Source of the DNA: Eledone cirrhosa | Taxonomy: Eukaryota | Assembly: GCA_964016885.1 (NCBI GenBank) | Contig: OZ024740.1 | Coordinates: 413,788,001-413,852,000, forward strand | DNA: 64,000 nucleotides | Direction: 5' to 3' | Part shown: positions 13,640 to 27,144 of the stretch, in pieces | Layout: each line of letters starts with the position of its first letter | Numbering within the stretch: the stretch's first letter is position 1 | The notes under the pieces: model-generated | Databases searched by the model: none | What the model saw: only the letters and a program-made list of their open reading frames with translations | What the model was told of the DNA's origin: nothing | Position numbers and translations under genes: made by a program

Positions 13640-14155
13640 AATATATCCTACAGCATACGTTTGGTTGGAATATCGAAGAGTGTGAGCACTCAGTACATAG
13701 GGCGAGTTAAGTATAATGAGTTACAACAGTGACATATACAGGTACTTAAGCTTTAAGCATATATGGTAACTTTAGAGAAACACTGCTTAAATACCCGCCT
13801 TAACTCCTTTAGTCGCCATCCACACGAAGCAAAATTCATTCTGAGAAAATGGTATTGACCAGACTAACTAATTTTATATTTTCAAGAAATTTAATTTTTT
13901 GACTTACTAACTTACCAAAAAAATCCCTTTGTGCGGATTTCCTTATAGTTACCTCTCTTTAGACTATCTAAAGGTTGTGTTTAATTTTATAGTTAAATTC
14001 GAAATTACCTGCCCTTGATGAGGTCTCGGGTATTTTCTGAAAACACCCTATCAACCGGAGGAGGTAACCACCTTCTTTCTATATAATAGGCTGAATGAGT
14101 TCGGTTGTATAACCCAACGAGACTTAAGTAATGCATATGTCACTGTTGTAGCTAA
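13640..14155. mobile_element. PLE pseudo-LTR remnant with inverted ends and degenerate hammerhead
   Basis: 14086-14130 atagg-CTGAATGA-stem-GAGAC-TTAA-GTA; 13723-13750 is an inverted copy whose minus strand reads cttaaGTAcctgt, restoring stem I; flanked by (TA)n. Confidence 0.55.
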
Positions 14156-14161
14156 TTATAT

Positions 14162-14193
<32 letters not shown>

Positions 14194-14329
14194 TTATTGA
14201 AATAACAGAAAGCTGCTTTCACTCTTAACGGGATCTTCTGAAACTAAAAAAGTCAATCTGTGAACGCAGAAGTAAATATTTCAAAAAACATTCCAACCGA
14301 AGGAAGACAGGAAGACGATACTTTGGCTC

Positions 14330-14585
14330 GTGGAAACGTTCCCTGGCAAAGAACAGAAAAAACGAAGATAATACGTCATTATTTGGAGCGGTGAAAAACA
14401 ATTACACGCAAAGACAAAACCACGTTTATGGTATAAAAGAAGTCGTAGACTAATATTCTATTAGGTGGTTTATGGAGACGTTCTCTGGCAATGAACGGGA
14501 AAAACGAAGATAATACGTCATTATGTGGTCAGAGAACAATTGCACGCAAAGACAAAACCGCGTAAGACTAAAATTCTAACTAGGA
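14330..14585. repeat. ~140-bp tandem duplication
   Basis: aaaaaacgaagataatacgtcattat...acacgcaaagacaaaacc...agactaa occurs twice. Confidence 0.75.
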
Positions 14586-14945
14586 AACCGAATGATTCTC
14601 GGCTTCAGAGTTAAGAATAAAGTAAATAAAATACAGAGGTAATTGAAATTAAATATATACATACACGCATCCATATACGTACATACACAAGAATACACGA
14701 AAACACTCGCCATGGGTATGCAAATAAAAGCACGTACAAAAAAAAACAAAAACACGCACATACAGAAACCACGCAACGCCTTTGCCGCACACATAGGAAC
14801 GTATACACCAAATACACATAAAAACATATAAAAACATATATATATATATACATGTGTGTGTGCTCTACGGTTCTTATATATCTGATATATATTTATCCTT
14901 ATCGAGCCCTCTTTGGATTTTAGTCTTCAAATTTATTATTATTAC

Positions 14946-14977
<32 letters not shown>

Positions 14978-15106
14978 GGAAAATAGTTATGACCCTGACA
15001 GCAGAGCTCAAGCCGTTTCGACGGCTATTTCTGGATTAAATTAAATTTTTAGCGTGGTGTTGATATAGCCGAAATCTTTAAGGGGTAATTCCATATATAT
15101 ATATAT

Positions 15107-15185
<79 letters not shown>

Positions 15186-15189
15186 TATA

Positions 15190-15345
15190 TAAAACAAAGA
15201 ATGTGTGGTAATGAATCAGGTCGACCATAACGCACCAGAGTACTCGATACTTAGTGTAGTAGAGTGGATAATAAGAAAAGAGTCAGGACCCCGACGGCTG
15301 AGCTGCGGCCGTTTCGGATCTAGCTATCGAAACAGCCAGAGCTCA
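15190..15345 (-). mobile_element. Truncated PLE pseudo-LTR end (same family at 21362-21559, 42680-42885, partial 14978-15040)
   Basis: Shared gaccata.cgcac..gagtac..gatacttag.gtagtagagtgg...ggaccccgacggctgagct; embedded in (TA)n; minus strand holds the GAAAC..GTC half of a hammerhead. Confidence 0.75.
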
Positions 15346-17398
15346 TATATATATGAATATATATGTATATACGTATATATGTATATACACATATATATGC
15401 ATATATATGTATGTATTTGTCTATATTACCCAAACATGCATATATATATATATATATATATATGCATATTTGTGTTTATAGACAAATACATACATATATA
15501 TACATATATATGTATATGTGCGTATGTACTTTTGGGTGTTTTGGTGTGTATATATGTATGTATACAAATCCGAGGACGATCAATCAATTCATTGTATAGA
15601 GATATATGTCATAACTGGCGTATCTAACGACAAACCCAGCTAAATTGTTACGTTAGTATTGATCATTATAAAAATGCTTTATAGAACATATACTTTTGTT
15701 TATGTATATATGGTAATTTATGTATGCTCATAACATTTAAATGTGAATTATATCTGGGGCAGTGATTTAGGTTTCATATATAGAAAATCCGTATAACAAT
15801 AAAATTGTTGGTTGGAGAAAAGATGAGATAAATAGCAAAACAGACACGGAAAAAATGAGTTCCTATTTTGCTGAAGGTGATTGGAGCAAAGCATGTATTG
15901 GTCGCAAAACTTTTCAAATGCATCTAACACAACTCGACTGTTGCAAACTTTTGTGTTAACTAAATCATATGTAGATTGCCAGCGATGCATTTAAGAATTA
16001 TATACATAAAACATAACCAATTCTTTTGCTATAGAATATTGGTGCTAAAAAGACTAATGCGATTCTATATTTATTGCCCATTCACAAGAGGTTCAGCTTG
16101 GAAAGTTACCGCAGTATATATTGATCGATAAAAGTTTATTAATATAAGTTACAGAACTTTGTCGTTTAACATTACTATTTCTCGGTTATTGATGTATTTA
16201 TTCTTACACAATCCAATCGATGGGGACATAGATTCATATATCTCACATTTAACTTCTCTGGCCTTTTCTGGCGACGATATGGTGCTCGTTCTGAAAAATC
16301 CAAAGCCAAATTTTCGCCAAGTCTTGAAACTTAACATTTTAGGCACCTTTTATTCTAGGCAATTAACAACTTGTTTTTAGTGTTACTATTTTCACACTCA
16401 GTTATATATATTAGCTTCGGGTTAATCATAAAATAATTAATCTTATGTCTTAATTACACTAAAGCTAAAATCATTCTTATAGACCTGCGCTGTACATACA
16501 CGGAGTAAGTCGTTATCGTTATAATCTATAAATTTAAAAATTGATCATCCTGTTAAATATAATTTCCCAGCAGGAACCGTAGCCACAAGCCATTTTCATT
16601 TCTTTGCCTTTCAAATTTGTATTTCAGATCTCAGGTCGAATTGAAAAATTATTAATTATTTTCAAAATCTAATTTCACTGTGGGAATATGCTTCAAAGTT
16701 TGCAGTAATTATATGGACGACGGATTAAGAAGCATCCTGCAGTTATGTTTTTCAAGCTTCATTCTCTCTGAGCGTCTCAATGGTCACGTAACTTTTAATA
16801 TAAACTCGGGTCAACTCTAGTATGGGTTGTGGAATTTGATAAATGATGCTTGGACAAAAGTTCATTATTTTTCGAATTTTTGTATTGGATATTTGATGTT
16901 CTGAAATTCAACGCCAACATTTCTAAGCATAAGTGATTTTGCATTCTACATGAAGTGATATCGGCATGTGAAGTGTTCGTTGTTTAGTTGGCAGGACCGA
17001 AGTTTATTGATGATTATATCACAGCATGAAATCACTTAGGTATTTATATTTGATTGTTGTTAGTGTATAATCCATGTGTTTACATTAGTATAGTAGGAAT
17101 TCACGACAAAATGAGACAATTAATGACGGAAGCAACGATCGTAACAGAGGAATGCTGAAATATAGATATTCTACACAAAAGTAAACACTTGACAGACAAC
17201 GTATAAGCTTGTCAAAAATTAAACGAATGGTGGTAAATGTATCCACCAATCAGATTACTTCTGCGTTTGTTTCAAATTGTAACTACACAGGATAGCATAA
17301 CTCTATTCTAATATGAATAGGTGTAGGTTTCACAATGGGAATTGTGGAGCTCATAAAATGCATTATCCGAAACACGCTACAAAGATGCTGTATGTATG

Positions 17399-17509
<111 letters not shown>

Positions 17510-17549
17510 ATATTAAATAAATGGAAACTATATTTATAAAACCATATTT

Positions 17550-17608
17550 ATTCTATTATATATATTTCAAGGGTACCAAAACTTTGGTACGCTCTGATCA
17601 GATAAAAT
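17550..17608 (-). ncRNA. Hammerhead motif with core mutation (CTGATCA)
   Basis: Same as the intact motif at 41919-41976 except G8>C. Confidence 0.6.
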
Positions 17609-17843
17609 ACAAAGTTTGTTTTATAAATATTGACATAACCAAGAAAAGATACCTTAACGGTTCAAGTTTTTCTTGGATAGTGAAGGAAAAGAGAAGAAAA
17701 GTCAGATATTTCAAAATATTAAGATGAGTATGCAAATGAGGTTGAGGTATAGGGCTGTAAAAACGTTATTTTAAGACGCTATGCAGAATTTAAATAATTA
17801 GGATATATGTATGTATTAGTAGAAAGAAAGAAAGAAAGAAAAA

Positions 17844-17895
<52 letters not shown>

Positions 17896-20800
17896 AAAAG
17901 AGCTTGTATTTACGTTAATTTAAAAGGAATTAACAATTTGCGGGAATGGTGGAATATGATTCCAGAATTTAAAATTTATTTAGCTGTATTATGAGTTATA
18001 ATATTGTATATATAATCAATTAGATTATATGAAGAATTATGGTTGTAAGTAGATTTTATCTTATTACATTACAGCAGGTTGTAAGTATATAAATATCTAT
18101 ATAGATTAATCATTAATGCATGTATAAGTATTATAGAAATAGAAATAAGTTACAATTATTAGTTGTTTACATTTCTCATATTAGTTACGAAGGATGTTGA
18201 TTCTGCATTTTATATAAAAGAAACACGTACTTCAAGTTTTAAGTGGAGAAAATTTGTAGATTCAAATATTTTGTTCCAACATTGAAAATGTTTTCAGAAC
18301 ATTGTTAATTTAGCGAAGTTATATAGTTTATCATACATATTACATTATAATGTGTTTATATATGTTTATGTTTGCACGATTGAAAAGGAAAAGATAACTC
18401 CAATCTTGTTTGCTAACCGTTAAATTTGATGACTGATTTACTCAGAAAATATATAGAGAACATTATATATTATATATTTTGTGTGAGATTAATTTCAATT
18501 ATATATTATTTTAGTCGAAAGATGTGTGAAAGTTGGAAGATCAAAGAAGAGGGAAAAAAGCAATGTGCATTTCGAAGAACTATCGTAAAGAGGATAACTT
18601 TCAGAATGTCAATTAAAGATTATCAATCTACATCTAAATAAATATATTTAGAGGAGTATCATTAAGAAAATAATGTCAAATGGTAAAAATAGTAAAAATA
18701 TTAAAAATTTAAGAAGGAAGATCATTTAAAAAAATTTAAATTTAAATTTTTAAAGAAAATACTCAATAAATAATAGCATCATTTTAAAGGTGTATAAGAT
18801 ATAGTCAAGTGTAATGAATATCATAAATTAAAAATATTTCTGAAAGTGGAATTTTGGCGATGTATGCAAGTAGAAAATAATTCTGTTTTAAGATTAATAG
18901 AGTTTTGATAGTTAATTATATATAATATTTCCTCGATACACAAGTTACAGAATCTTGAGAAAGTCATATTTCGGTATGCAGGTGCTTTCGAAATCATTCC
19001 CCAAGATATTGAATAGTCTATATTGTTGTCTTTTAAATTCCAAATTAAATGTGAAAGTGAAGTGGAAGATTTTTTATCGGATCAATTAAATGTGTGTTTA
19101 TGGTTATATCAACGGTCTTTGAATTTTGTAGAAGTGGCACCAATATAGTTAAATATTGTGTCTCTAGTTTTAACTGTGCATTTATAAATTACATTTGTGT
19201 CTAAGCAATTATTTTGTAAAGGGCAGTTTGATTTAATTCTACAGTTACATTTTCTGAAATTGTTGTTATTCGGAACAGTACTATTATTATGAATAGTGTT
19301 GTTAGAAATATTATTATTGCTATCTTGGTTCGTTTGGTTAGGGTTTAAATTTAAGTTTCTATTATTAATTCTATTTATATTTTGTGTATGTTCATAGTAG
19401 TAGAGTAGGATAGTTTTATAGTATGTCTGTTGAAAATAGAGTGGTATCTGTGGGCTTTAGGAAAACATTTATCTAGTACTTTAAAAAATAGCTTTGCTAA
19501 AGGTGTTTTAACGCTTAATGAGAATGGGAGAGAGTACCAAATAATATTTCTAGTTCTAGACTGTTTGTTTGGTTTAGCATTTAAGTTAAATTGTTTATTG
19601 TTATTATAATTAATTCTAGGATGATTTGTCATGTTATTGTTATCTATGTATTTAATTTGATTCGAGTATCCTGCTCTATGTAAAGCTTCATCATCAAAAA
19701 TATTTTTATTAGCAAAGTTGCGTGAAATCCGTTGTTGGACGCTATTGACAATAATGTTTTTTATATTTCTAGGATGATTAGAATTGAAACTTACGTAATT
19801 TAGATTTTCGTTAATTTTATGGAATGGATAGTAAAGACCTGAGCTAAGGTTTAAGGTTACATCTAAGAAGTTAACGATTTTGTAATTATTCTCAATTTCT
19901 AAATTAAGGTTGTAGTTGAGAAATTGTATTATGGATTTCCTTTTCTTATTAATTTCATTATTGCTATGGTTTTCAATTAAAAGTAACATATCGTCGCGAT
20001 ATAAACCTCCGGTCATCTCTGGCATTTTCCTATGCAGTACATTATTAATAAATAATACAACGAGGTTTGTTACTTGCGCCGAGTCCGATGATCCCATAGT
20101 GATATCAAAATTGTTTTTTCTGTCGCCTCTTGTCCAGAGATGACTATTAAATCCTATTAGGGTTTTACGTGCTGTTAGAATGATATTCATTTCTTCACTA
20201 GATAGGTCTGTATGTTTAGAAGCGTAGATAAGAGCCTTATTAAGTAAGCTAGGGGTAATAGAGGAGTAGTAATTTGCAATATCCATTTGAATGAATCTTT
20301 TCTTATGTTTTAATTTTATATTATTGAACCAATCTATAACTTCATTAGTACCGTTCCATAGTTAAAGGTGTGATTTTTCTTTAAGTAGTTGTATAATTCT
20401 ATTTAATATATGCTTGCTAATTATGCCTAAGTCATATTTAGATGGTGCGATGAGTCTGCCTGGTAGTTCAATTTCAAAATTTCTTTTGTGGTCCTTCAGG
20501 TTAATCTTCGGTTTTCTATGTATAAAGGGTTCGGTCCTATTTTGAATGCCTAATTTATAAATAATTTCCGAAGCTTCCCTATTTAACGTTGAAAGATTTT
20601 CATTGATGTTATTGTCAATCTTTCAATATAAGGCTATTATATTCGTCCTTTTCCATACCATATAAATTATTTGTTTTGTCAGATTTTACCAGGATCTTCT
20701 TTGTTTTTTTCTAGATTGTCTATTTTAATCTTGAGGCCTTTAAGGTACTCCTAGCCGATAAATTGGTTTATTTTGAATTTAATGTTTTGTATAATAGAGA

Positions 20801-21069
20801 TTACTTCATTTTCAAATTCGGCCAGTAGTTTGTTGCTAGGTGGATTCTCCTTAGATTTGAAGATAGGATCGAAGTTGTAACTGGATTTATTTATTTTGTC
20901 CTCCGATTTTTTATCAAAATGGAAAGCACGCCATCTAAGTCTTCGTATAAAGGAGTCAGATTAAGATATTCCTTATTTTTAAGATATTCCTTATTTTTGG
21001 GTAAGGGCACATCTTTCAGAGAAGAAGAAATCCTAAAGAAGTCCATTGTTTAGCAATCAGTTATAGTTT

Positions 21070-21128
21070 ATTTTATCTTATGAGAGCGTACCAAAGTGTT
21101 GGTACTCTTGAAATATATATAATAGAAT
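21070..21128 (+). ncRNA. Hammerhead motif with core mutation (CTTATGA)
   Basis: attttat-CTTATGA-gagcgtaccaaagtgttggtactctt-GAAA-tatata-TA-atagaat. Confidence 0.6.
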
Positions 21129-21265
21129 ATATATGGTTTTATAAATATAGTTTCCATTTATTTAATATCATTGAATATTATACTCCAGAATATCTGTCGA
21201 GTGCTCTGAATCAGTTATAAACATTTATATTTGTTGAATTGCCAATGAATTGAATATCCCTTTTG

Positions 21266-21354
<89 letters not shown>

Positions 21355-21441
21355 TATATATATAACGAAGGAAATGTGGTAAGAAACCAGGTGGACCATA
21401 ACGCACCAAAGTACTCAATATTTAGGGTAGTAGAGTGGGTA

Positions 21442-21554
21442 ATAGGAACGAGTAGGACCCCGACGGCTGAGCTCAAGCCGTTTCGACGGCTAATTCTGAG
21501 TCCAGAATTAGCCATCGAAACCGCTTGAGCTCGGCCGTCGGGGTCCTACTCGTT

Positions 21555-21559
<5 letters not shown>
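21442..21559. repeat. 57-bp-arm hairpin terminating a truncated pseudo-LTR
   Basis: Arms 21442-21498 and 21503-21559, 3 mismatches, loop AGTC. Confidence 0.92.
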
Positions 21560-21604
<45 letters not shown>

Positions 21605-21806
21605 TATTTATTTAGGTTTGTTGGTTCATCACTGGATAGAATTGGTCATTCCGTATGTTCAATCTTGATGTAACATTATGGAGAGTACTCAACGTAGTGC
21701 AGTTCACCCGTCTTTGTCTGTGTAGTTGGTGGTGCTAATACGGAGTTAATTATTATAAATGAAATAACAGGAGGCTGGACTGGTGTAAATCCTTGAAAAG
21801 TTTATT

Positions 21807-21864
21807 ATACCATGATCATTTCAATGACCGGGTTCCGTATGAATCCGGTGATATCATCAGGTAT
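21807..21864 (-). ncRNA. Hammerhead motif in a solo pseudo-LTR (21605-21968); cleavage triplet AUG, probably inactive
   Basis: Minus strand: atac-CTGATGA-tatcaccggattcatacggaacccggtcatt-GAAA-TGATCA-TG-gtat; followed by TTGAGTACTCT at 21682-21692. Confidence 0.65.
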
Positions 21865-21968
21865 TCGGATTATAACAAAGGAATATATAAAATCCATGGA
21901 TCCGAAATCAGAGACAGAGAGGACGACTGACCAACTAGCTGATTTCACCTCGGTCAGTCGCCCTCAAG

Positions 21969-22046
<78 letters not shown>

Positions 22047-22122
22047 GTTTTGTTATTGATGGTTTACTACCCGATTCCAGAGTCGGGTCCGCTTACAACC
22101 AATCGCTTCTTGGGCTGATTGA

Positions 22123-22234
22123 TCCTGTGGTCGGTAGGAGAGGGGAGCGTGATAGAAAGGGATTTAGTGCACTTACACCTATATATACACACATACCTTC
22201 ATCCACACATACATACATATACATATACATACAC

Positions 22235-22275
<41 letters not shown>

Positions 22276-22662
22276 CACACTTACATACACACACACATAC
22301 ATATACATACACACATACACACACACACACATATATACACATACACACACATATATATATACACACACACACATATATATATACATACACATACATCCAG
22401 ATACACACATACATACACACACACACACATATATATATACACACATATATATATATATATATGTGTGTGTATGTGTGTATGTATATGTATGTGTGTGTGT
22501 ATGTATGTGTGTATATGTATATATATATATCTTTATATATATATGTATATGTGTATGTATATGTATATGTATGTATGTGTGGATGAAGGTATGTGTGTAT
22601 ATATAGGTGTAAGTGCACTAAATCCCTTTCTATCACGCTCCCCTCTCCTACCGACCACAGGA
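22123..22662. repeat. ~540-bp inverted repeat enclosing microsatellite
   Basis: tcctgtggtcggtaggagaggggagcgtgatagaaaggg... mirrored at 22570-22662. Confidence 0.85.
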
Positions 22663-23086
22663 AGATATATGTATGTATATTGCTTCCACCCCCTCACTTA
22701 CCAGCAGCTGGCCAGCTGGCCATTGCTAAATCTGACCTTTATAAAATAACCCACACCCCCAAATAACTTCTCATTCACTACCAGAAAGGCACACAGCAGT
22801 CAACTTGTTGCTACCAAGATGAAAACTACTATGAAATCCCACAATGAATTTTATACTTGAATTTTCAAATCTCAAATTTTAACTCTTCGTATTATTAATT
22901 TTTCTTAATATTAATCAACATTTGAAAAGATGGCTTTTGCAGACCCATCGAAACCGGTCATTTTTTATACCCTTTATTATTTCCTTACCTTATAAAATTA
23001 TATGTTTTTTCACAAAAAAGTATTCTGTCTCTTATATATTCCATGTGCCATTACCAACCTCAATTTTCTCTCTCTCTTTCTCTCTG

Positions 23087-23148
<62 letters not shown>

Positions 23149-23216
23149 TGCTTACATACTCTCATACATACATACATACATACATACATACATACATACA
23201 TACATACATACATACT

Positions 23217-24310
23217 CAAAACATCACACCTAAATAAATTGCCCAGCAATACCGCAGCAAATACAGGGATGAAAGACTGCATGCTTATCGGCAAAAAAAG
23301 ATGCATGGATATGTTGCCAGGAAGCTCCAGAGTGAGAGTAATATAGATAAGGAAAGTAGTCTATCTTGGACCAACAACCGCTATATTGGCTCCCACTTTG
23401 AAGGATACGCTTTTGCAATCCAAGAACAGGAAATGAACGCAAAATATCTGATTCACAAAAGAGAAGTGATGCTGTCAAAACACCTAGATGTGACAACAAA
23501 TGCAGACTCTGCAGAAGTAACATCGTAACATGTCATAAGCAGCTGTCCAAAGATGACATCGCGGTACTATATATGATGTAGTGCCAAAATACTGTATAAT
23601 GCAATCCTTAGAAAAGATAGTTCCGATAATAAACACATTAAAAGCTTCAGCAATGTGTAAGACATACATATAAATAATATGAAAGAGTACTGGTGGAATG
23701 TTCCAGTAAAAACCCCAATGAAATCCAAACATAACAGACAAGATATTATGATATGGGACAGGGAGAAGAAGGTATGCACAATAGTGGAAGTTAACTGCCC
23801 AGCAGAAGCCAATGTAATATTAAAGATCAGTGAAAAGGAGAATATCGATGCAGAACTAATGAGAAATCTGCAGATACTCCACCCTGGCTATACCTTCAGA
23901 TTTATACCTGTGATTATTGGAGAACTGGGATATGTTAGTAACAGCCTCAATACAAATCTTCTGAAGCTGGGCTTCACAGGAACACAAGGAATACGACTAG
24001 TTAGGAAATTACAAGTACAATCCATTAATAGAACAGTAAAAATATTTAAAACATTCCAAAACTTCTGCATCGAATAACTGCATGTACATGTACAGATACA
24101 AAGCATATGAACATGCACACATATAACTCAAAAGATACCCATCCACACATTCATTAACATCCATACCTGCACACCTATGCATTAATGCAGGTATACACAT
24201 CCACCTAGTTGATATTGTATAAACTCCAATGAGAGATTCTTGTAACTATGTTAGAAACCGACTCTCTCCCTCTATTGGTAAACATTTATGAAATAATAAA
24301 ACCAGAAGAA
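23217..24310 (+). mobile_element. R4/Dong-clade non-LTR retrotransposon, 3' fragment (copy 1)
   Basis: RLE region NRQDIMIWDREKKVCTIVEVNCP..FIPVIIG; ends ataaaaccagaagaa then catacatac. Confidence 0.88.
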
Positions 24311-24366
24311 CATACATACATACGTACATACATACATTTATATATACATACATACATGAATGCATA

Positions 24367-27057
24367 CAAGAAGGTAGATGAGAGAAAAGTGCTTAATACA
24401 AGATTCCAAACATCAGTCTATAGAGATATGAAGAACAAAATAATAAGTGTCACTGAGGCCCCATCCCAGAAAGACATAACCCTTTTGGAGCAAAATATGG
24501 GGTGAAAAGAAGAATTTCAACCAAGATGCAGTGTGGCTAACAGAAATCCGAAATAACTATTGCTCCTACACTACAACAAAAACATACGAAATAAGTGAAG
24601 GTACCCTTGAGACTGTGATAGGAAAACTGCAAGATAAGAAAACACCAGCAAGAGACATGATTGTCGGCTACTGGTACAAAAAACTGATATTCTATCGGAG
24701 GTATCTTACTGACCTCTACCAACAAGTTCTTAAGGGAGATACACTTATACCAGAATGGTTGACATTAGCACAAACATTACTGGTCCCCAAGAACAAAGAT
24801 ACCCACTTGGCAAAAAACTACCGACCCATTGCATGCCAGAACCTGATGTATAAGATGTATACAGCCTGCCTGAACCTGTTCTTCCAAGATCACTGTGAAA
24901 ATAATAACATCACCATAGACAAACAAGCTGGAAAGAAAGGGGTTTGGGGATGTGCTGAACAACTCCTAATCAACAAAACTGCGATGTCGGAGGTGCGACA
25001 ACTTAGGAAGAATATGGCTACAGTCTGGCTGGACTACAGGAAAGCTTTCGATTCTGTTCCCCACTCTTGGATGATAGAGGCCCTCCAACTTGCTAAAGTC
25101 CCAGACATTATTGTCAGAGACATAGAGAGACTGTCTTCTTCTTTGGCTACTATCCTAAGGTTAAAGACAGAGAGAGGGGACTCTATTATCACTGATAAAA
25201 TAATGTCGCAGGGGTATATTTCAGGGAGACAGTCTCTTTATGATATTATACATCTTGTCATTAAACCCCTTGTTCTTTCTGCTCAAGAAATGTGAGGGAA
25301 ACATCATTGGCTCACAGGAGGACAGAAATACGAACCTAACCCATAATTTCTTTGTTAATGATCTGAAACTCTATGCTATGAACATTGATGGGATGAAGAA
25401 AAATCTTCACCTGGTTACAATGTTCTCAAAGGATATGGGAATGGAGTTTGGCCAACATAAATGATCATACATGCCTGTAAAGCGGGGAAAAACAACAACC
25501 CAATCTAACAACGTTGTCATCAATGGCCTAACTGTTTCACCGATATCTGATGAGGACTGCTACAGATACCTGGGGATAGATGAGAACATATCCTATAATG
25601 GTAACTGTAATAAGGAACGCGTAACCAGGGAATACTACACCCGATTAAGAAAGATTTGGTCATCGGAACTCTCTGCGCAAAACAAAACTGTGGCTTACAA
25701 TGTGTTTGCTGTGCCTCTCCTAACACCAACGTTAGGAATACTCAATTGGACGATAGACGAAGTAGTTGATGTTGGAACTCGAAAAATGCTAAACAACACC
25801 AGAAACTTCCACATCAACAGTGACGTAGACCGCCTTTACTTGAATCGTAAGCAGGGAGGCAGAGGCCTAACCTCAATCCAGACAACATTTGAATGTCGCA
25901 TCATGTCCCTCTGACAACATCCATCTACGAACCTCGAAGCATATGAGTCCGTCTCTCGAGCAACTCTATCTGCATGAAACAGATAAGATCATGAGAGTTG
26001 GGAAGGAACTCCTCGAGAGATATTCCCTGTGTGATAATCAAAATCTCACATACCTATCAGCAAAACTGCATGGTTATCGGCAAAAATGCATGGATATGTT
26101 GCCAGGATGCTCCAGAGTGAGAGTAATGTAGATAAGGAAAGTAGTCTATCTTGGACCAACAACCGCTATATTAGCTCCCACTTTGAAGGATGCGCTTTGC
26201 AATCTAAGAACAGGAAATTAACACGAAATACCCGATTCACAAAAGAGATAGGGGTGCAGGCAAAACACCTAGATGTGATAACAAGTGCAGACTCTGCAGA
26301 ACTAATATCGAGGATATCACCCATTTCATCAGCAGCTGTCCAAATATGTCATCGCGGTACCATCTACCTATGAGGCATGGTGTAGTGGCCAAAACACTGT
26401 ACAATGCAGTTCGTAAAAACGATATCCCCGATAATAAACACATTAAAAGCTGCAGCAATGTGGAAGACATCCACGTACATAATATGAAAGAGTACTGGTG
26501 GAATGTTCCAGTAAAAACCCCAATAAAATGCAGGCATAACAAACAAGATATTATGATATGGGACAGGGAGAAGAAAGCATGCACAGTAGTGGAAATTAGC
26601 TGCCCAGCAGATGCCAATGTAATATCAAACATTATCGAAAAGGAGAATATTTATGCAGGACTGATGAGAAATCTGCAGATATTCCACCCTGATTACACCT
26701 TCAGATTTATGCCTGTGGTTATTGGGGCACTGGATATGTTAGTAACTGCCTCAATACAAATCTTGAGAAGCTAGGCTTCACAGGAACAGAAAGAACACAA
26801 CTAGTTAGGAAATTACAAGTACAATCCATTAATGGAACAGTAAAAATATGTAAGACTTTCCAAAAATGTTGCATCTAATAACTGCATATACACATGTACA
26901 TATACAACGCATATACACATGCAGACATACAACTCAAAACATCCACATCCACACACAATTACATCCATATCTACACATGCATGTATGCATACATAATTTT
27001 AGAAACCGACTCTCTCTCTATTGGGAAAGAATTTGTGAAACTATAAAACCAGAAGAA
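24367..27057 (+). mobile_element. R4/Dong-clade non-LTR retrotransposon, 5'-truncated (copy 2)
   Basis: RT motifs NYRPIAC, WLDYRKAFDSVPH, FVNDLKL; CCHC and RLE region; same 3' end at (CATA)n. Confidence 0.9.
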
Positions 27058-27144
27058 CATACATACATACATACATACATACATACATACATACATACAT
27101 ACATACATACATACATACATACATACATACATACATACATACAT

